A stretch of 64,000 nucleotides of DNA, taken from an uncultured Verrucomicrobiae bacterium (GTDB lineage Bacteria > Verrucomicrobiota > Verrucomicrobiia > Palsa-1439). Below, piece after piece: positions 36,688-47,920 of this stretch. The stretch covers positions 160,001-224,000 of the forward strand of contig CAWEWF010000010.1 of the NCBI GenBank assembly GCA_963812605.1, given 5' to 3'. Under the pieces are notes generated by a model. The model did no database searches, was not told where the DNA came from, and worked only from the letters and a program-made list of their open reading frames with translations. Position numbers and translations under genes: made by a program. Positions within the stretch are counted from its first letter, which is position 1. Every line of letters begins with the position of its first letter.

Positions 36688-38085
36688 GGGGATTGGGGAT
36701 GGTTGCTGGCTCTTAATTGCGGCCTGGCGGTCATCATGCGCCGCAATAAAATCCCGGAGAAAATCAATCAAGGCATCGCCCCAGATGCCGGTATGATTGT
36801 CTACGATGTCCTTGGTGGCAGAGATCACCAAAAAGGGCTTGTGCTTCGCAGGGACTGGCTGGCCGGGGTAGGGAAGGAGGTCCCACTGGCGATTCGTAAT
36901 CGCGCTGAGCTGCGCGATCAGCCCTTCTGATAACGATGGGATTTGCGCCCGATGCCGTCTGGGAATGTTAATATCTGTGTCCTGATGGTCGGAGGCTGTG
37001 GCGGCAGCGGAGTTGGTATGCCCAATACCTGTCAGCCGATAATCAAAATACGAGTTGTAATGCCCGAGGGCCTTCCGGTTCATCACACGCTCGTCGGAGT
37101 CCGTCTTAAAGTTTTGCAATAGCGATGGGAAGAACTGTCCTACCGGAAAGGCGATTCCAGTAGCGGTATCGTTTTGCGCGCCGATCGTCATGAGCACTGT
37201 GTTTTGGTAGGGATTGAATTCGGTGCAATTCGTCGTGGCTTCGGCCAGCCCGGAGTAGAGCAATGTTTCAAATGCCGGGTTCAGCAGCACCACCAGATCG
37301 GTGTCACCGGCGGTGATGACACGTACGCTCTTAGATTCACCATGCTCAGAGAGAACCATGCTCTCTAATGTGTTCTTCTTAAGAATGTTATCCAGGGCCG
37401 AAAAAACAATGGCGCCTCCGAAACTGTGGCCGATGACTACCAGCCGCGTCCCGTAGCGTTTGTCAGGCGGTTCAAACGCTATCAGCCGGCGTTTAAGATC
37501 CTCCAAGTGGACCAGAAGTTCGTCCATGTCGCCGCGGCCGATTTTGTGCGCCGCCTTCTTGCGGCTCCAAAATGTCAGCCACTTTATCAAAGGCAGTCGT
37601 TGTGATTGGCCTCTCCAGCCGACGTATACTCCAATGATTCTCCGCCCATCCGGCCCTTCATCCTGGTACCAGTCGTAAAGCGTGCGCCGAAAGCACCGGA
37701 CGGTCGCGTTAACGACATCCGCGTTTTCCTGCCACCCATGGACAAACACGAGGATGATGGCGCCATTTTGCTTCGCCTTTGCGTCGTTAACCAATCCGTC
37801 AAGCGCAATTAACTGCTGCTCCTTATTCCAAAACTTGCCCTGATCGTCGAACTCAACGACGCTCAGATCAAACTGCTGGTAGCTTTCGACAATTCGTTCA
37901 CCCACCCGTTTGGCAAAAGCGTCGTGGGGCAGATGTTTCAGGTTGTTGTAATCACCCAGCGAGTCCTTGCCCAGGGGATCAGAGACAACAAGGGTTCTGA
38001 TTTGCTGGTGCGGAGTTGTGCCCACGCAAGCGGAGAGAAGGCAGAGGGCCAGACCACAGGTCGCAATTAGCGGAGTGCGTGACAT
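36682..38085 (-). CDS. Lipoprotein with alpha/beta-hydrolase-like motifs
   Basis: Lipobox LSAC; VEFDDQG, VFVHGW, IGVYVGWRG, IGHSFGG nucleophile elbow. Confidence 0.75.
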   Translation of the reverse strand: MSRTPLIATCGLALCLLSACVGTTPHQQIRTLVVSDPLGKDSLGDYNNLKHLPHDAFAKRVGERIVESYQQFDLSVVEFDDQGKFWNKEQQLIALDGLVNDAKAKQNGAIILVFVHGWQENADVVNATVRCFRRTLYDWYQDEGPDGRRIIGVYVGWRGQSQRLPLIKWLTFWSRKKAAHKIGRGDMDELLVHLEDLKRRLIAFEPPDKRYGTRLVVIGHSFGGAIVFSALDNILKKNTLESMVLSEHGESKSVRVITAGDTDLVVLLNPAFETLLYSGLAEATTNCTEFNPYQNTVLMTIGAQNDTATGIAFPVGQFFPSLLQNFKTDSDERVMNRKALGHYNSYFDYRLTGIGHTNSAAATASDHQDTDINIPRRHRAQIPSLSEGLIAQLSAITNRQWDLLPYPGQPVPAKHKPFLVISATKDIVDNHTGIWGDALIDFLRDFIAAHDDRQAAIKSQQPSPIPK

Positions 38086-38157
38086 GAACTGTCCTTTCCC
38101 ACCACAGGGACCAGCCAAGTGGCTGTTCACGACGTTATTGTTGGCGGCACACAGCAG

Positions 38158-38994
38158 TTACGGAACCGTGTCTTTTGTGAGCTTCGTGAGGGTCTTCCAC
38201 ATTTCATCGGGCTTGTCGCAATCGAGTAATGCCTTGCGCGCTTCCGTTGACTCAAATGTCCGCACCAATCCCGCCAGCAGCCTCAGATAAAAAGCCGTCG
38301 CCGCTGTCGGGATCACAATAAAAAAGAAAATCTTGCTCAAATGATCTCCGGTCGCACCGAAATCGAGGCCTTTCTCTTTCAAGCCCACGGCAAACGTCAA
38401 CCCGCCGCCTTCCACGTCGCGTACATGCGGAAACGCCAGTCCGTGTTCAACCGCCGTGCTCACAATCGCTTCGCGGCGCAACGCCAATTCCGTCACCGTG
38501 GCCGTGTCCTCCACAAAGCCCCCTTCACCCAGCGCCTTCGACAGTTCACTAATAACCTCTTCACGGCTCGTCGCCGCCAGCTTGGGCACCATCAAGTTCG
38601 CCGCCGAGAAGCGCGCGATGCCGACTTCCACCGGGCGATTTCCGTCAAACTTCTTCTTGGGTGTGCGCGCGATCGTGTCGGGAAAGAAAAGAAATCGGCC
38701 ACAATGCGGGCAATACTGCAATTGCTCGCCGGCTTTCGCCGCGTTCACGACATTGGCGGGTACCGCCAGGCCGCAGCGCGAACAATTCCCGTGCGCCAGC
38801 GGGATCACGGCCAGCGGATAGCGCTTCTGCAACCGGTCGTATCGATCGGCCACATCGGGCGGCAATTGCCCGCGAATTTTCGCGATGGATTTCTCCAACT
38901 GCGCGAGCGGCATCTGCGAGTTCGAGGCTTTCTGCTCCTCCTTGGCAAAGTTTAGTTCCTGTAACTGGATCAATTGATTGAGAATGCTCTTCAT
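38158..38994 (-). CDS. C4 zinc-ribbon plus PTS EIIA-domain fusion protein
   Basis: CSRC...CPHCGRFL, then RREAIVSTAVEHGLAFPHVR (EIIA phospho-His motif). Confidence 0.8.
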   Translation of the reverse strand: MKSILNQLIQLQELNFAKEEQKASNSQMPLAQLEKSIAKIRGQLPPDVADRYDRLQKRYPLAVIPLAHGNCSRCGLAVPANVVNAAKAGEQLQYCPHCGRFLFFPDTIARTPKKKFDGNRPVEVGIARFSAANLMVPKLAATSREEVISELSKALGEGGFVEDTATVTELALRREAIVSTAVEHGLAFPHVRDVEGGGLTFAVGLKEKGLDFGATGDHLSKIFFFIVIPTAATAFYLRLLAGLVRTFESTEARKALLDCDKPDEMWKTLTKLTKDTVP

Positions 38995-39102
38995 TGGAAT
39001 TCTAGTCGGTTGGATGGCACAAACTCGATTATAAGGCTTTTTCGCTTCTTCGCAAAGACTAATCACTTTCCCTCTGCTGCGTCTCACGCTAACATACAGG
39101 CG

Positions 39103-39801
39103 ATGATTCGCGCTCAAACACGTTTTGGTGACATCATGCTCGGCGCCATTCCGCGTGTCGTTGGGACTGTCTCCCAACCGGATACGCTCGCTCAACTCGT
39201 TGCGGGCGCAAATTACGACTGCGATATTGTCGAAATCCGTCTCGACCTCATCGGTTCCGGCGCGCCACAGTGGCTGGAAAACGCCCGAACCCTTGAGGCG
39301 CGTGGTTTGCCCGTCCTTGTCACCGTTCGGATCGCCGAAGAAGGCGGCCAATGGAAGCAAGCCGATGAGATGCGCCTGCCTTTATTCGATACCGCACTGC
39401 ATCAACTTGCCGCCGTTGACATCGAATTGCGCAGCCCGATCCTGGAGCAGGTTTCCGCACTGGCCAGTCGTTGCCAACGCGCACTTATTATTTCGTACCA
39501 CGATTTCCAGAGAACTCCGCCAATCGACGAACTCAAAAAAGTCATGGCCAGGGCTGCCAACTTCGGCACCGTCGTCAAGATTGCCACGTTCACCAGGACC
39601 GAAGAAGACGTCGCTACACTGCGAACATTGTTCCACGAGAACTGTTCCGCCGCGCTTTGTGTGCTGGGCATGGGGCCGCTTGGGCCGCAGACCCGCGTTG
39701 AATTTCCGAAATTGGGTTCGTGTCTGACGTATGGCTACCTGGACGCGCCCGTCGCGCCGGGACAAGTTTCCGCGCGTGAATTAATGCAGCAGTTGCGCTA
39801 A
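39103..39801 (+). CDS. aroD: Type I 3-dehydroquinate dehydratase
   Basis: DIVEIRLD, TVR...EGG, VDIEL, ISYHDFQRTP, VKIA, MGPLG..TR, APGQ. Confidence 0.93.
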   Translation: MIRAQTRFGDIMLGAIPRVVGTVSQPDTLAQLVAGANYDCDIVEIRLDLIGSGAPQWLENARTLEARGLPVLVTVRIAEEGGQWKQADEMRLPLFDTALHQLAAVDIELRSPILEQVSALASRCQRALIISYHDFQRTPPIDELKKVMARAANFGTVVKIATFTRTEEDVATLRTLFHENCSAALCVLGMGPLGPQTRVEFPKLGSCLTYGYLDAPVAPGQVSARELMQQLR

Positions 39802-40596
39802 ACGCTCGGCCGCGATCTGGCAGTACTTCTTCGAAACATCAACATGGATAAAATGCCGGCCTGTTTTCTTGGCGATGACCGCCACGGTCCCGGTCCCGCC
39901 GAACGGATCCAGCACGGCATTGCCACGAAAGCTGTAGAACTTCACGAGCCGGTAAATCAATTCTTCGGGAAATGGCGCAGGGTGGCTTCCGGTTCTTGTT
40001 TCGCGTTGTTTTCGTCCCGACTTCGGAGGATAGAGACTCTTTAGAAATGGCTGACGCCCGCGCGTCTCCGGGGGAATTTGCCAGAAGCCGTCGGAAAATC
40101 TGATGAACTCCTCGCCGGCAATATCGGCGTCCTGCTTGTCGCCGTCGAGAGTCCAGAAACCCTTTGAGAACACGAGCACGTATTCCCAACTGGGGATAAT
40201 GTGCGGGTTGCGCGGGCTTTTCCAGGAGCCCCACGCGGTGCGGCGGCGCATCGTCTGTTTGTACCACAGAATCTCAGTGCGCATGATGAATCCAAGACCA
40301 CGCAACTGCGCCGCCATGTCGTAGTGGATCGGCTTGAAGTCCTTGATGCTGGTCGGAGCGATGTTCAACGCGAAGCGTCCACCGTCCACAAGGAGACGAT
40401 GAAGTTCGCGCCACACCGGCAGCAGCCACGCAAGGTACTCGTCGTAAGACATATGGTCGTTGTGGCCGTCATAATCGAGCCCGACGTTGTACGGCGGCGA
40501 CGTGATGGCGAGATGCACGCATTTATCGGGCAAGGTTTGCAGCACCTCGCGGCAATCGCCACGGAGGATGCGGTCCTTCCAGACGGTTTTTTTCAT
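39781..40596 (-). CDS. Orphan beta-class DNA amino-methyltransferase (SPPY, probably N4-C)
   Basis: TSPPY, HPAPFPEEL, LDPFGGTGT. Confidence 0.9.
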   Translation of the reverse strand: MKKTVWKDRILRGDCREVLQTLPDKCVHLAITSPPYNVGLDYDGHNDHMSYDEYLAWLLPVWRELHRLLVDGGRFALNIAPTSIKDFKPIHYDMAAQLRGLGFIMRTEILWYKQTMRRRTAWGSWKSPRNPHIIPSWEYVLVFSKGFWTLDGDKQDADIAGEEFIRFSDGFWQIPPETRGRQPFLKSLYPPKSGRKQRETRTGSHPAPFPEELIYRLVKFYSFRGNAVLDPFGGTGTVAVIAKKTGRHFIHVDVSKKYCQIAAERLAQLLH

Positions 40597-40655
40597 GGTT
40601 CCCTTATAGCTCATTAGCTTGGTCGCCGGAAGCGGAATCTGCTATAATCCGTCTG

Positions 40656-41171
40656 ATGAAGAATCTGGTCTTGGTGGGATTCATGGGCAGCGGCAAGACG
40701 GACGCCGGCAAGCTCGCAGCCGCGCGGCTGGGGATGACGTTTGTGGACATGGACGAGATCATCGAACAGCGGCATGGGCAAACGGTTTCCAAAATCTTTG
40801 AAACGAAGGGCGAAGCCTTCTTTCGCCTGCAGGAGCGCGCCTTGGTTCGCGAACTGGCTGACCGCCAGGACCGCGTCATTGCCACCGGCGGCGGGGTTAT
40901 TCTGAATCCGAACAACATTCGGGATTTCAGCCGCACGGGGATTGTCATTTGTTGTTGGGTGGACGCCACGGTAGCGCATGAGCGCACGAAGAATGCGAAA
41001 CACCGCCCCTTGTTGGGGGGACAAACCGACCGACTCACGCGGATCAAGGCTCTCTTGCGTGAACGCGAGCACCTTTACAAAGCCGTGTCGAACCGTGTCG
41101 ACACCTCGGCGATGAGTGTGAAGCAGCAGACCGATGAAATCCTCCGCATCTACAAGCAGCAGGCAGGATAG
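40656..41171 (+). CDS. aroK: Shikimate kinase
   Basis: GFMGSGKT, GEAFFR, ATGGG, RPLL. Confidence 0.95.
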   Translation: MKNLVLVGFMGSGKTDAGKLAAARLGMTFVDMDEIIEQRHGQTVSKIFETKGEAFFRLQERALVRELADRQDRVIATGGGVILNPNNIRDFSRTGIVICCWVDATVAHERTKNAKHRPLLGGQTDRLTRIKALLREREHLYKAVSNRVDTSAMSVKQQTDEILRIYKQQAG

Positions 41172-42240
41172 CAACACGGCCCCGGGGTCCTTCGGGCTTG
41201 AGCAGCAGATCAAAGCCCGCGCCCGCGACATCGGTTTCGATCTTGTCGGCATCACAACCGCCCAGCCGCCGCAACATTCCCAGCACCTGCAGCAGTGGCT
41301 CGCAAAAGATTTTCATGGCGAGATGGGTTATCTGGCTCGGAATGTCGACAAGCGGGTTAATCCCTCCAAAATACTGGGCGATGCACGGTCAATTGTGGTG
41401 GTTGGTTTGAATTACTATGGCGGCGATCACGACCGAACAGGTCGCGTCGCGCGTTATGCCTGGGGCGCGCGCGACTACCACGAAGTGATGTCGGGAAAGT
41501 TGGAACAGCTATCGAGGAACATCGCCGAAATCGGCGGACCGGGCACACGATGTCTTGGGTATGTCGATACCGGTCCTATCCTCGAGCGCGACCTCGCACA
41601 GCGCGCCGGCATCGGATTCATTGGCAAGCATACCAATCTCGTCAGCCGTCAACTTGGCAATTGGCTTTTCCTCGGCGAAATACTGACGAATCTCGAACTG
41701 CCGCCTGACCCGCCGGAACGCGAATACTGCGGCACCTGCCAGCGCTGCATGGATGTCTGCCCCACGCGCGCCATCGTCGGTCCCTACCAGTTGGATGCGC
41801 GCTTGTGCATCAGTTATCTTACGATTGAACTGAAAGGCCCGATCCCCGTTGAACTGCGATCGTTGGTTGGCGATCACGTCTTCGGTTGTGACGACTGCCT
41901 CGAAGTTTGTCCGTGGAACCGGTTCGCCCAACAATCACCGGTGCGCCAGTTCCAGCGTCGCGACACGCCGCCGTTGACGGAATACCTGTCGTGGGACGAA
42001 GCGAAGTTCCGCGAGTTTTTTCGGGGCACGCCCATCTTCCGCATCAAACGCCGCGGTTTTCTCCGCAATGTTTGCGTCGTTCTGGGGAATATCGGCGTCC
42101 AATCTGCGTTGCCCGCATTGGAGCGCGCGCGCCAGGATGTCGAGCCGATGGTGGTGGAACACGCAGCCTGGGCGATAGAGCAAATTCAGCGTCGCCAAAG
42201 GCCGAGGATAAACTTTGACACGACTCGAAGTTCGGTTTAA
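41134..42240 (+). CDS. queG: Epoxyqueuosine reductase (start approximate)
   Basis: ARYAWG.RDYH, VDTGPILER, CGTCQRCMDVCPT, CISYLTIE, GCDDCLEVCPWN. Confidence 0.95.
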   Translation: MKSSASTSSRQDSNTAPGSFGLEQQIKARARDIGFDLVGITTAQPPQHSQHLQQWLAKDFHGEMGYLARNVDKRVNPSKILGDARSIVVVGLNYYGGDHDRTGRVARYAWGARDYHEVMSGKLEQLSRNIAEIGGPGTRCLGYVDTGPILERDLAQRAGIGFIGKHTNLVSRQLGNWLFLGEILTNLELPPDPPEREYCGTCQRCMDVCPTRAIVGPYQLDARLCISYLTIELKGPIPVELRSLVGDHVFGCDDCLEVCPWNRFAQQSPVRQFQRRDTPPLTEYLSWDEAKFREFFRGTPIFRIKRRGFLRNVCVVLGNIGVQSALPALERARQDVEPMVVEHAAWAIEQIQRRQRPRINFDTTRSSV

Positions 42241-42242
42241 GT

Positions 42243-43289
42243 TTGCAGATGTTTTTCGTTCGTCTCGGAAGCCGTCGGGAGCTTGCTCTTGTTGTTATTC
42301 TCTTGGGAATCTGCACGCTTGCCGGTCGAAACACATTTGCCGACACCAACTTGGTGGATAACGGAACTTGGGTGATCGACGGCACTGATGATGTGGGGCC
42401 AAATCCCACGAATATTGCGCTGTCGGTAAACGGACACGCCACCAACTCGTTCTCCAAGCTGGTATTCTCTTACAATGTTGGCGGCACGGGCGTCGTGGCG
42501 GTATGCACGCTCACGGGCAGTGGTGCTATTCGTCTTTCCTTGCCGCCTCCGGGGGTGTTTGGGGGAACATTCTACATGACCAGTTACGAGGATTGCGATG
42601 AAGGGCTGATCCCCCCGATGTCGATTGTTGCGCTGGATATTGAAGCAAAAAAAGGGAAGAACGGGGAACTACGGCTTCAAGGGAAGATTTCCAATTTCAC
42701 ATCGATGGAAGCGAAGGATTTCCTGTTGGAGTTTTCCCCACCGCAGTCTGACTCCATGAGTGTTGACGTGAGTTACAGTCTGGTTGCCACGCGCGACATT
42801 TGCATCAGCCAAACCAACAGCGATGAGGCGGATACTTTTCACGTTGCGAGCATGGCGGCAAATTACCTGTCCACCAATGTTCAGGAAAATGATGAGGCGC
42901 GCTATCTGAGGGTTACACAGAAAGTCTGTTTCTTTTATGGCTGCGTCGTCACGAAAAAGTCATTTTGTTGGAGCCTGGTGGATACAAATGGCTTCCTCAT
43001 CGATAATCCGAAGAAACTTGGCAGCACCACCTTGCATCTGGATCATACGCAGCCGTTGCCCCAGGATACCCCGTCCCTCAAAGTACAATTTCAGTCGCCT
43101 CGGGCTGGAAGCATAAAGCCTCAGGGCTTTACCAACGAATCAAGCGACCCGTCGGATCAAAACGTCAGCGTTTGGGGAAATTGGAACGCCGCGAAATCCG
43201 AGTATGGGAACAAGAAGAAAATCGAAAAATTCCGCTACACGCTGTCGGTAGTTCCGCCCCAGGCTTTTACTTGCGACAACTCGAACTAG
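42243..43289 (+). CDS. Hypothetical secreted beta-rich protein
   Basis: Long ORF with a signal-peptide-like N-terminus; no motif recognised. Confidence 0.6.
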   Translation: MQMFFVRLGSRRELALVVILLGICTLAGRNTFADTNLVDNGTWVIDGTDDVGPNPTNIALSVNGHATNSFSKLVFSYNVGGTGVVAVCTLTGSGAIRLSLPPPGVFGGTFYMTSYEDCDEGLIPPMSIVALDIEAKKGKNGELRLQGKISNFTSMEAKDFLLEFSPPQSDSMSVDVSYSLVATRDICISQTNSDEADTFHVASMAANYLSTNVQENDEARYLRVTQKVCFFYGCVVTKKSFCWSLVDTNGFLIDNPKKLGSTTLHLDHTQPLPQDTPSLKVQFQSPRAGSIKPQGFTNESSDPSDQNVSVWGNWNAAKSEYGNKKKIEKFRYTLSVVPPQAFTCDNSN

Positions 43290-43315
43290 GGCGCAGCCCA
43301 CCGAGTGGTCCATTC

Positions 43316-43639
43316 TCAACGGTTTTCCTTCTCCCGCAATTTGTCGGCAAAGCGCTGGTTCATAAACTCGCGTTCGAATAACTCGCGCCGGGTTCGCTGC
43401 AAGGTGCGCCGGACCAGCAGCATGTCCCCGAGGGCCAGGATGATTGCTCCGAACGTGAGCAGCAAACACCACGTCCAATAGAGAACGAATTGGACGCCCT
43501 GCAACCGCTCATAAAGGACCGTCATGCCGAGCACGACCATCAGCGCGCAGCCTGTCAGTAACACGCCGCCACAAATGCGCAATATAATCTGGCCGCGAGA
43601 AAGCGGGAGCTTTTCAGGTTGTTGAGTGGCTGGCGCCAT
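43316..43639 (-). CDS. Small two-TM hypothetical protein
   Basis: Two hydrophobic segments; co-oriented with the ABC ATPase. Confidence 0.55.
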   Translation of the reverse strand: MAPATQQPEKLPLSRGQIILRICGGVLLTGCALMVVLGMTVLYERLQGVQFVLYWTWCLLLTFGAIILALGDMLLVRRTLQRTRRELFEREFMNQRFADKLREKENR

Positions 43640-43654
43640 GCGCGCCTCAGATGA

Positions 43655-44782
43655 TTAAACGATGACCTGTTCGGTCTGCGCGTCGAAGAAATGGCTTTTC
43701 CGCAAGTCGAACGCCATCTCGAGCTTCTGTCCCACGTCGGCCTTTTCATGAGGATTGACGCGGGCCACAAAACCATGGCTGCCGGTGTTGAGGTAGAGAT
43801 AAATCTCCGCGCCCATCGGCTCCACGACCTCCACGGTGGCCGCCGCAGTCTGGTCGGGCTGGGTGAACGAAGCATATTGCTTGTTATTGATGTCCTCGGG
43901 TCGAGAACCGAATACGACGGTTTTGCCGACATGGCCGGTGAGCTTTTTTGCCAGCTCGTCATTGATCCGCATCGCGAAGCCCTTCGGGCCGCCAGCGACT
44001 GCTTGCTCGACAAACCACAAGGCGCCCGGCCGTTGCTCAATCGTTCCCTTGAAAAAATTCATGGGCGGCGAGCCGATGAAGCCCGCGACGAACATGTTCT
44101 TCGGATTGTCGTAAAGCGCGATGGGTTCCGCCACCTGCTGGATGAGGCCATCCTTCATCACCACGATACGATCGCCCATCGTCATCGCTTCGACCTGGTC
44201 ATGCGTAACATAAATCATTGTGGAGTTGAGCCGATCGTGAAGCTTGGAAATCTCGGCGCGCATCTGGACGCGCATCTTGGCGTCGAGATTCGAGAGCGGC
44301 TCGTCGAAAAGAAAAGCCTTCGGTTTCCGCACGATGGCGCGGCCCACCGCGACGCGCTGGCGTTGGCCGCCCGAGAGGGCCTTTGGTTTGCGCTCGAGTT
44401 GTTCGTCGGTAATGCCAAGGATTTGCGCGGCCTCGCGCACCCGTTGGTCGATTTCCGTCTTGGGATACTTCCGCAGCATGAGACCGAACGCCATGTTTTT
44501 GTACACCGTCATGTGCGGGTAGAGTGCGTAATTTTGGAAGACCATGGCGATATCACGGTCTTTGGGCGGGACGTCATTGACGCGTTTGCCGTCGATGAAA
44601 ATGTTGCCGCCAGTAATCTCCTCGAGGCCGGCCACCATGCGGAGCGTCGTCGACTTGCCGCAGCCCGAAGGACCGACAAGCACAACGAACTCTTGGTCGC
44701 CGATTTCAAGATTGGCGTTGTCGACCGCTTTGAATCCGCCGGGATAGGTTTTGCAAACGTTTTCGAGGAGAACTTTTGCCAC
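43655..44782 (-). CDS. Sugar ABC transporter ATP-binding protein (MsmX/UgpC/MalK family)
   Basis: [41 protein letters not shown]-like C-terminus. Confidence 0.95.
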   Translation of the reverse strand: MAKVLLENVCKTYPGGFKAVDNANLEIGDQEFVVLVGPSGCGKSTTLRMVAGLEEITGGNIFIDGKRVNDVPPKDRDIAMVFQNYALYPHMTVYKNMAFGLMLRKYPKTEIDQRVREAAQILGITDEQLERKPKALSGGQRQRVAVGRAIVRKPKAFLFDEPLSNLDAKMRVQMRAEISKLHDRLNSTMIYVTHDQVEAMTMGDRIVVMKDGLIQQVAEPIALYDNPKNMFVAGFIGSPPMNFFKGTIEQRPGALWFVEQAVAGGPKGFAMRINDELAKKLTGHVGKTVVFGSRPEDINNKQYASFTQPDQTAAATVEVVEPMGAEIYLYLNTGSHGFVARVNPHEKADVGQKLEMAFDLRKSHFFDAQTEQVIV

Positions 44783-44904
44783 AGTGAATACCTGTTTGTT
44801 GTACCGAAGCTCCGCAGTCTCTTTGTAACAGAGGTGTCTCACCCCTGTCAAACCCAACATTGCCATTCCGCCACGCCTTGGCGGGTGGTATACTCGCTGT
44901 CGTA

Positions 44905-46666
44905 ATGAGTCGACTCGGAGAGTTGTTGTCGCAGTACCGGCGGTTATGGACGTATGTAAAGCCCTATCGCGGCCGACTGGTCGGCGGGGTTGTTTTCAGC
45001 ATTCTCTACGGCCCGATCAACGTGGGCGTCTTATCGGTCGTCCGTCATCTCTGGGCGCGTATATTTGGGCAATCGGCGGGCAACCTGACGCTGTGGCAGG
45101 CGTTCGCGGTCGCGATGCTGCTGCCGGTAGCGATGATTGCGCGTGGTGCTTGCGATTTTCTCGGGACGTACCTGCTGAACTGGGTGGGGCTGCGCGCAGT
45201 AATGGATATGCGGGAGCGATTGTTCGAGCACCTCCAGGGCCTGTCGCTGGATTTCTATAGCGGCACCCAGACCGGGGAGTTGATTTCACGAGTCACGAAT
45301 GACGTTGGCGCGGTGCAGCAGGCCATCTCCAATGTTGTCGAGGACATCGTCAAGCAGCCCGTGACATTGGTCTGCGTCCTGGGCTGGTTGCTTTACGCCG
45401 ATTGGCGGCTGACGCTGGCGACGTTGGTGCTGTTTCCGATCTGTCTCGTGCCGATTATGGTTTATGGCCGCAAGACCCGCGTGGCCAGCCGCAAGACGCA
45501 GGAACACCAGGCCACGCTGGTCTCTGTCTTGCACGAAGCGATTGCGGGATTTCGCGTCGTTAAAGCGTTCGGCATGGAAGAGCGTGAGTCCCAGGATTTT
45601 CGTAATCTCACCAGCCGGGTGTTTCGCGAACGCATGAAAGTCATCCGTTCGCGCGCCATTTCGGGGCCGATTATCGAGATGGTCGTCGGGCATCGCCGCC
45701 GCACTGGTATTTATTTATGCCTTCGTTTCCCAAATGCAATCAAGCGAACTCGTCAGCTTTGCGCTTGGCTTGTTCATGCTCTACGATCCTGTCAAAAAAA
45801 TCAGCCGCGTGAACCTCCAAATCCAGGAAAGCATGAGCGGGGCGGAACGCGTCTTTCAAATACTGGACACCCAACCCACGGTCGTTGAAGCGCCGCAGGC
45901 GATTGCCTTGCCGCGCCTTCGGCAGGCCATTCGCTACGAAAACGTCAGCTTCCGCTACGGTTCCAACGGCGCGGTGCTCGATGAAGTAAACCTTGAAATC
46001 CCCGCAGGCTCCATCATGGCCATTGTCGGCGCCAGCGGTGCGGGCAAGACCACTCTCTTCAATCTCATCCCGCGCTTCTACGATCCAACCGGAGGTTTGG
46101 TGACCATCGACGGACAGGACATTCGCCGCGGCACGTTCCAATCCTTGCGCGGCCAGATTGGGCTCGTGACCCAGGAAACATTCCTTTTCAACGACACCGT
46201 TGCTAATAACATCGCGTATGGGAAGATGGGCGCTTCACGCGAGGAGATTGTCGAAGCGGCGAAGCGCGCCCATGCCGACGAATTCATCGCGCAGATGCCA
46301 AATCAATATGACACTGTCATCGGGGAGTCGGGGATGAAATTGTCCGGCGGCCAGCGCCAGCGGCTGGCCATCGCGCGCGCGATTCTCAAGAATCCGCCGA
46401 TTCTCCTGCTCGACGAGGCCACGAGTGCGCTCGATACCGAGAGTGAACGCGCTGTACAGGCGGCGCTCGACGACCTGATGTGGAGTGGGAAACAGAAGAA
46501 GGCGCATACGATGCTCGTCATCGCGCATCGTCTTTCAACCGTTCAGCACGCCGATTGCATCATCGTGCTCGACAAAGGGTGCATCGTGGAGAAGGGGACA
46601 CACGATCAGCTTCTGACGCTGGGTCAGGTTTACAAACGTCTCTACGAGATGCAGTTTAGCGTATGA
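44905..46666 (+). CDS. msbA: MsbA-like ABC transporter (permease + ATPase), frameshift at ~45690
   Basis: [14 protein letters not shown]; [35 protein letters not shown]; followed by a DUF374 gene. Confidence 0.8.
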
Positions 46667-47292
46667 TTGGCTGGCTGCTGCGAGTCCTGGTTTCGCTCAT
46701 CGGCAGCACGGTGCGCTGGCGCATCGATGACGCGCCGGGGTTGCTGGCGCGGACGCCGGACCGCTCGTGCATTTTCGTGTTTTGGCACAACCGTATTTTT
46801 CTGATGCCCTATCTCTTCCGCAAATACTGGCACACACGACGCCGTGACCGCGTCGTTGTGCTCGTCAGCGCCAGTAAGGATGGTGAGAAACTGACGCGCG
46901 TGCTCAGCAAGTTCAACCTGATTTGCGTACGCGGTTCGAGCAGCCGCCGCGGGAAGGAAGCGTTACGCGAGTTGACGCATCTGGTCGACGAAGGTTATGA
47001 CGCTGGCATCACCCCGGATGGCCCTCGTGGCCCGAAATATCATTGTCACGACGGCGCCATCAGCCTGGCGCAACTCACCCAGGCGCCGATCATCCCGGTT
47101 TCCTACGATCTGGGGCACAAAATCACGGTGAATAGTTGGGACGGCTTCATGATTCCGTTGCCGTTTACTCACGCAACACTTCGCATCGGGTCACCAATGA
47201 TCGTGCCCGTCGGTGCGGGAGACAGGCAGCGCGAGCAAAAAAGACTTGAACTCGAAAACATCTTGAAGTCTTTGTCGGCCAGTCCAGAGTGA
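46663..47292 (+). CDS. DUF374 / lipid A acyltransferase-like protein
   Basis: FWHNR, VSASKDGE, RGSSSRRG, TPDGPRGP, SWD.F.IP.PF. Confidence 0.85.
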   Translation: MIGWLLRVLVSLIGSTVRWRIDDAPGLLARTPDRSCIFVFWHNRIFLMPYLFRKYWHTRRRDRVVVLVSASKDGEKLTRVLSKFNLICVRGSSSRRGKEALRELTHLVDEGYDAGITPDGPRGPKYHCHDGAISLAQLTQAPIIPVSYDLGHKITVNSWDGFMIPLPFTHATLRIGSPMIVPVGAGDRQREQKRLELENILKSLSASPE

Positions 47293-47322
47293 GGCGGCGC
47301 AGCTTTTGAAAGAAAGGAACAG

Positions 47323-47820
47323 ATGAGCAAGACAAATAAACCCTTGGTCGGGATTCTCATGGGCAGCGACTCGGATTGGCCCGCGATGAAACTGGCGGCG
47401 GACGCCTGTGCGGAATTTGGCATCGGGGCCGAGGCGCAGGTGATGTCGGCGCATCGGACGCCGGACGATGTCGCCGAATACGCACGCACAGCACATACGC
47501 GGGGACTGCGCGTGCTCATTGCGGGCGCAGGCGGCGCGGCGCATCTCGCGGGGGTCGTGGCCGCGCAAACGCCGTTACCGGTGATCGGCGTGCCGATCGA
47601 ATCGAAATCCCTGAAGGGACTCGATTCTCTGTTATCCATGGTGCAGATGCCCGCCGGCGTGCCCGTGGCGACCGTGGCCATCGGTGCGGCGCGCAACGCG
47701 GGATTGCTGGCCGTGCAGATTCTGGCCGTGAGCGATGGAAAACTGCAGGCGAAATATTTGGAATTCAAGCGGCGGCTCGCCGACGAATCGCGGGCGAAAA
47801 ACGTCACACTCCGACGGTGA
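47323..47820 (+). CDS. purE: N5-CAIR mutase
   Basis: [38 protein letters not shown]. Confidence 0.97.
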   Translation: MSKTNKPLVGILMGSDSDWPAMKLAADACAEFGIGAEAQVMSAHRTPDDVAEYARTAHTRGLRVLIAGAGGAAHLAGVVAAQTPLPVIGVPIESKSLKGLDSLLSMVQMPAGVPVATVAIGAARNAGLLAVQILAVSDGKLQAKYLEFKRRLADESRAKNVTLRR

Positions 47821-47920
47821 ATATTTTTCTTTCTCCGCTATGCCAGATATTTGCTGGGCTCCACCGCAAGGATATTTTTTGAACGAAACCCCGGGCACGG
47901 TGTCGAATCTTAATAGCAGG

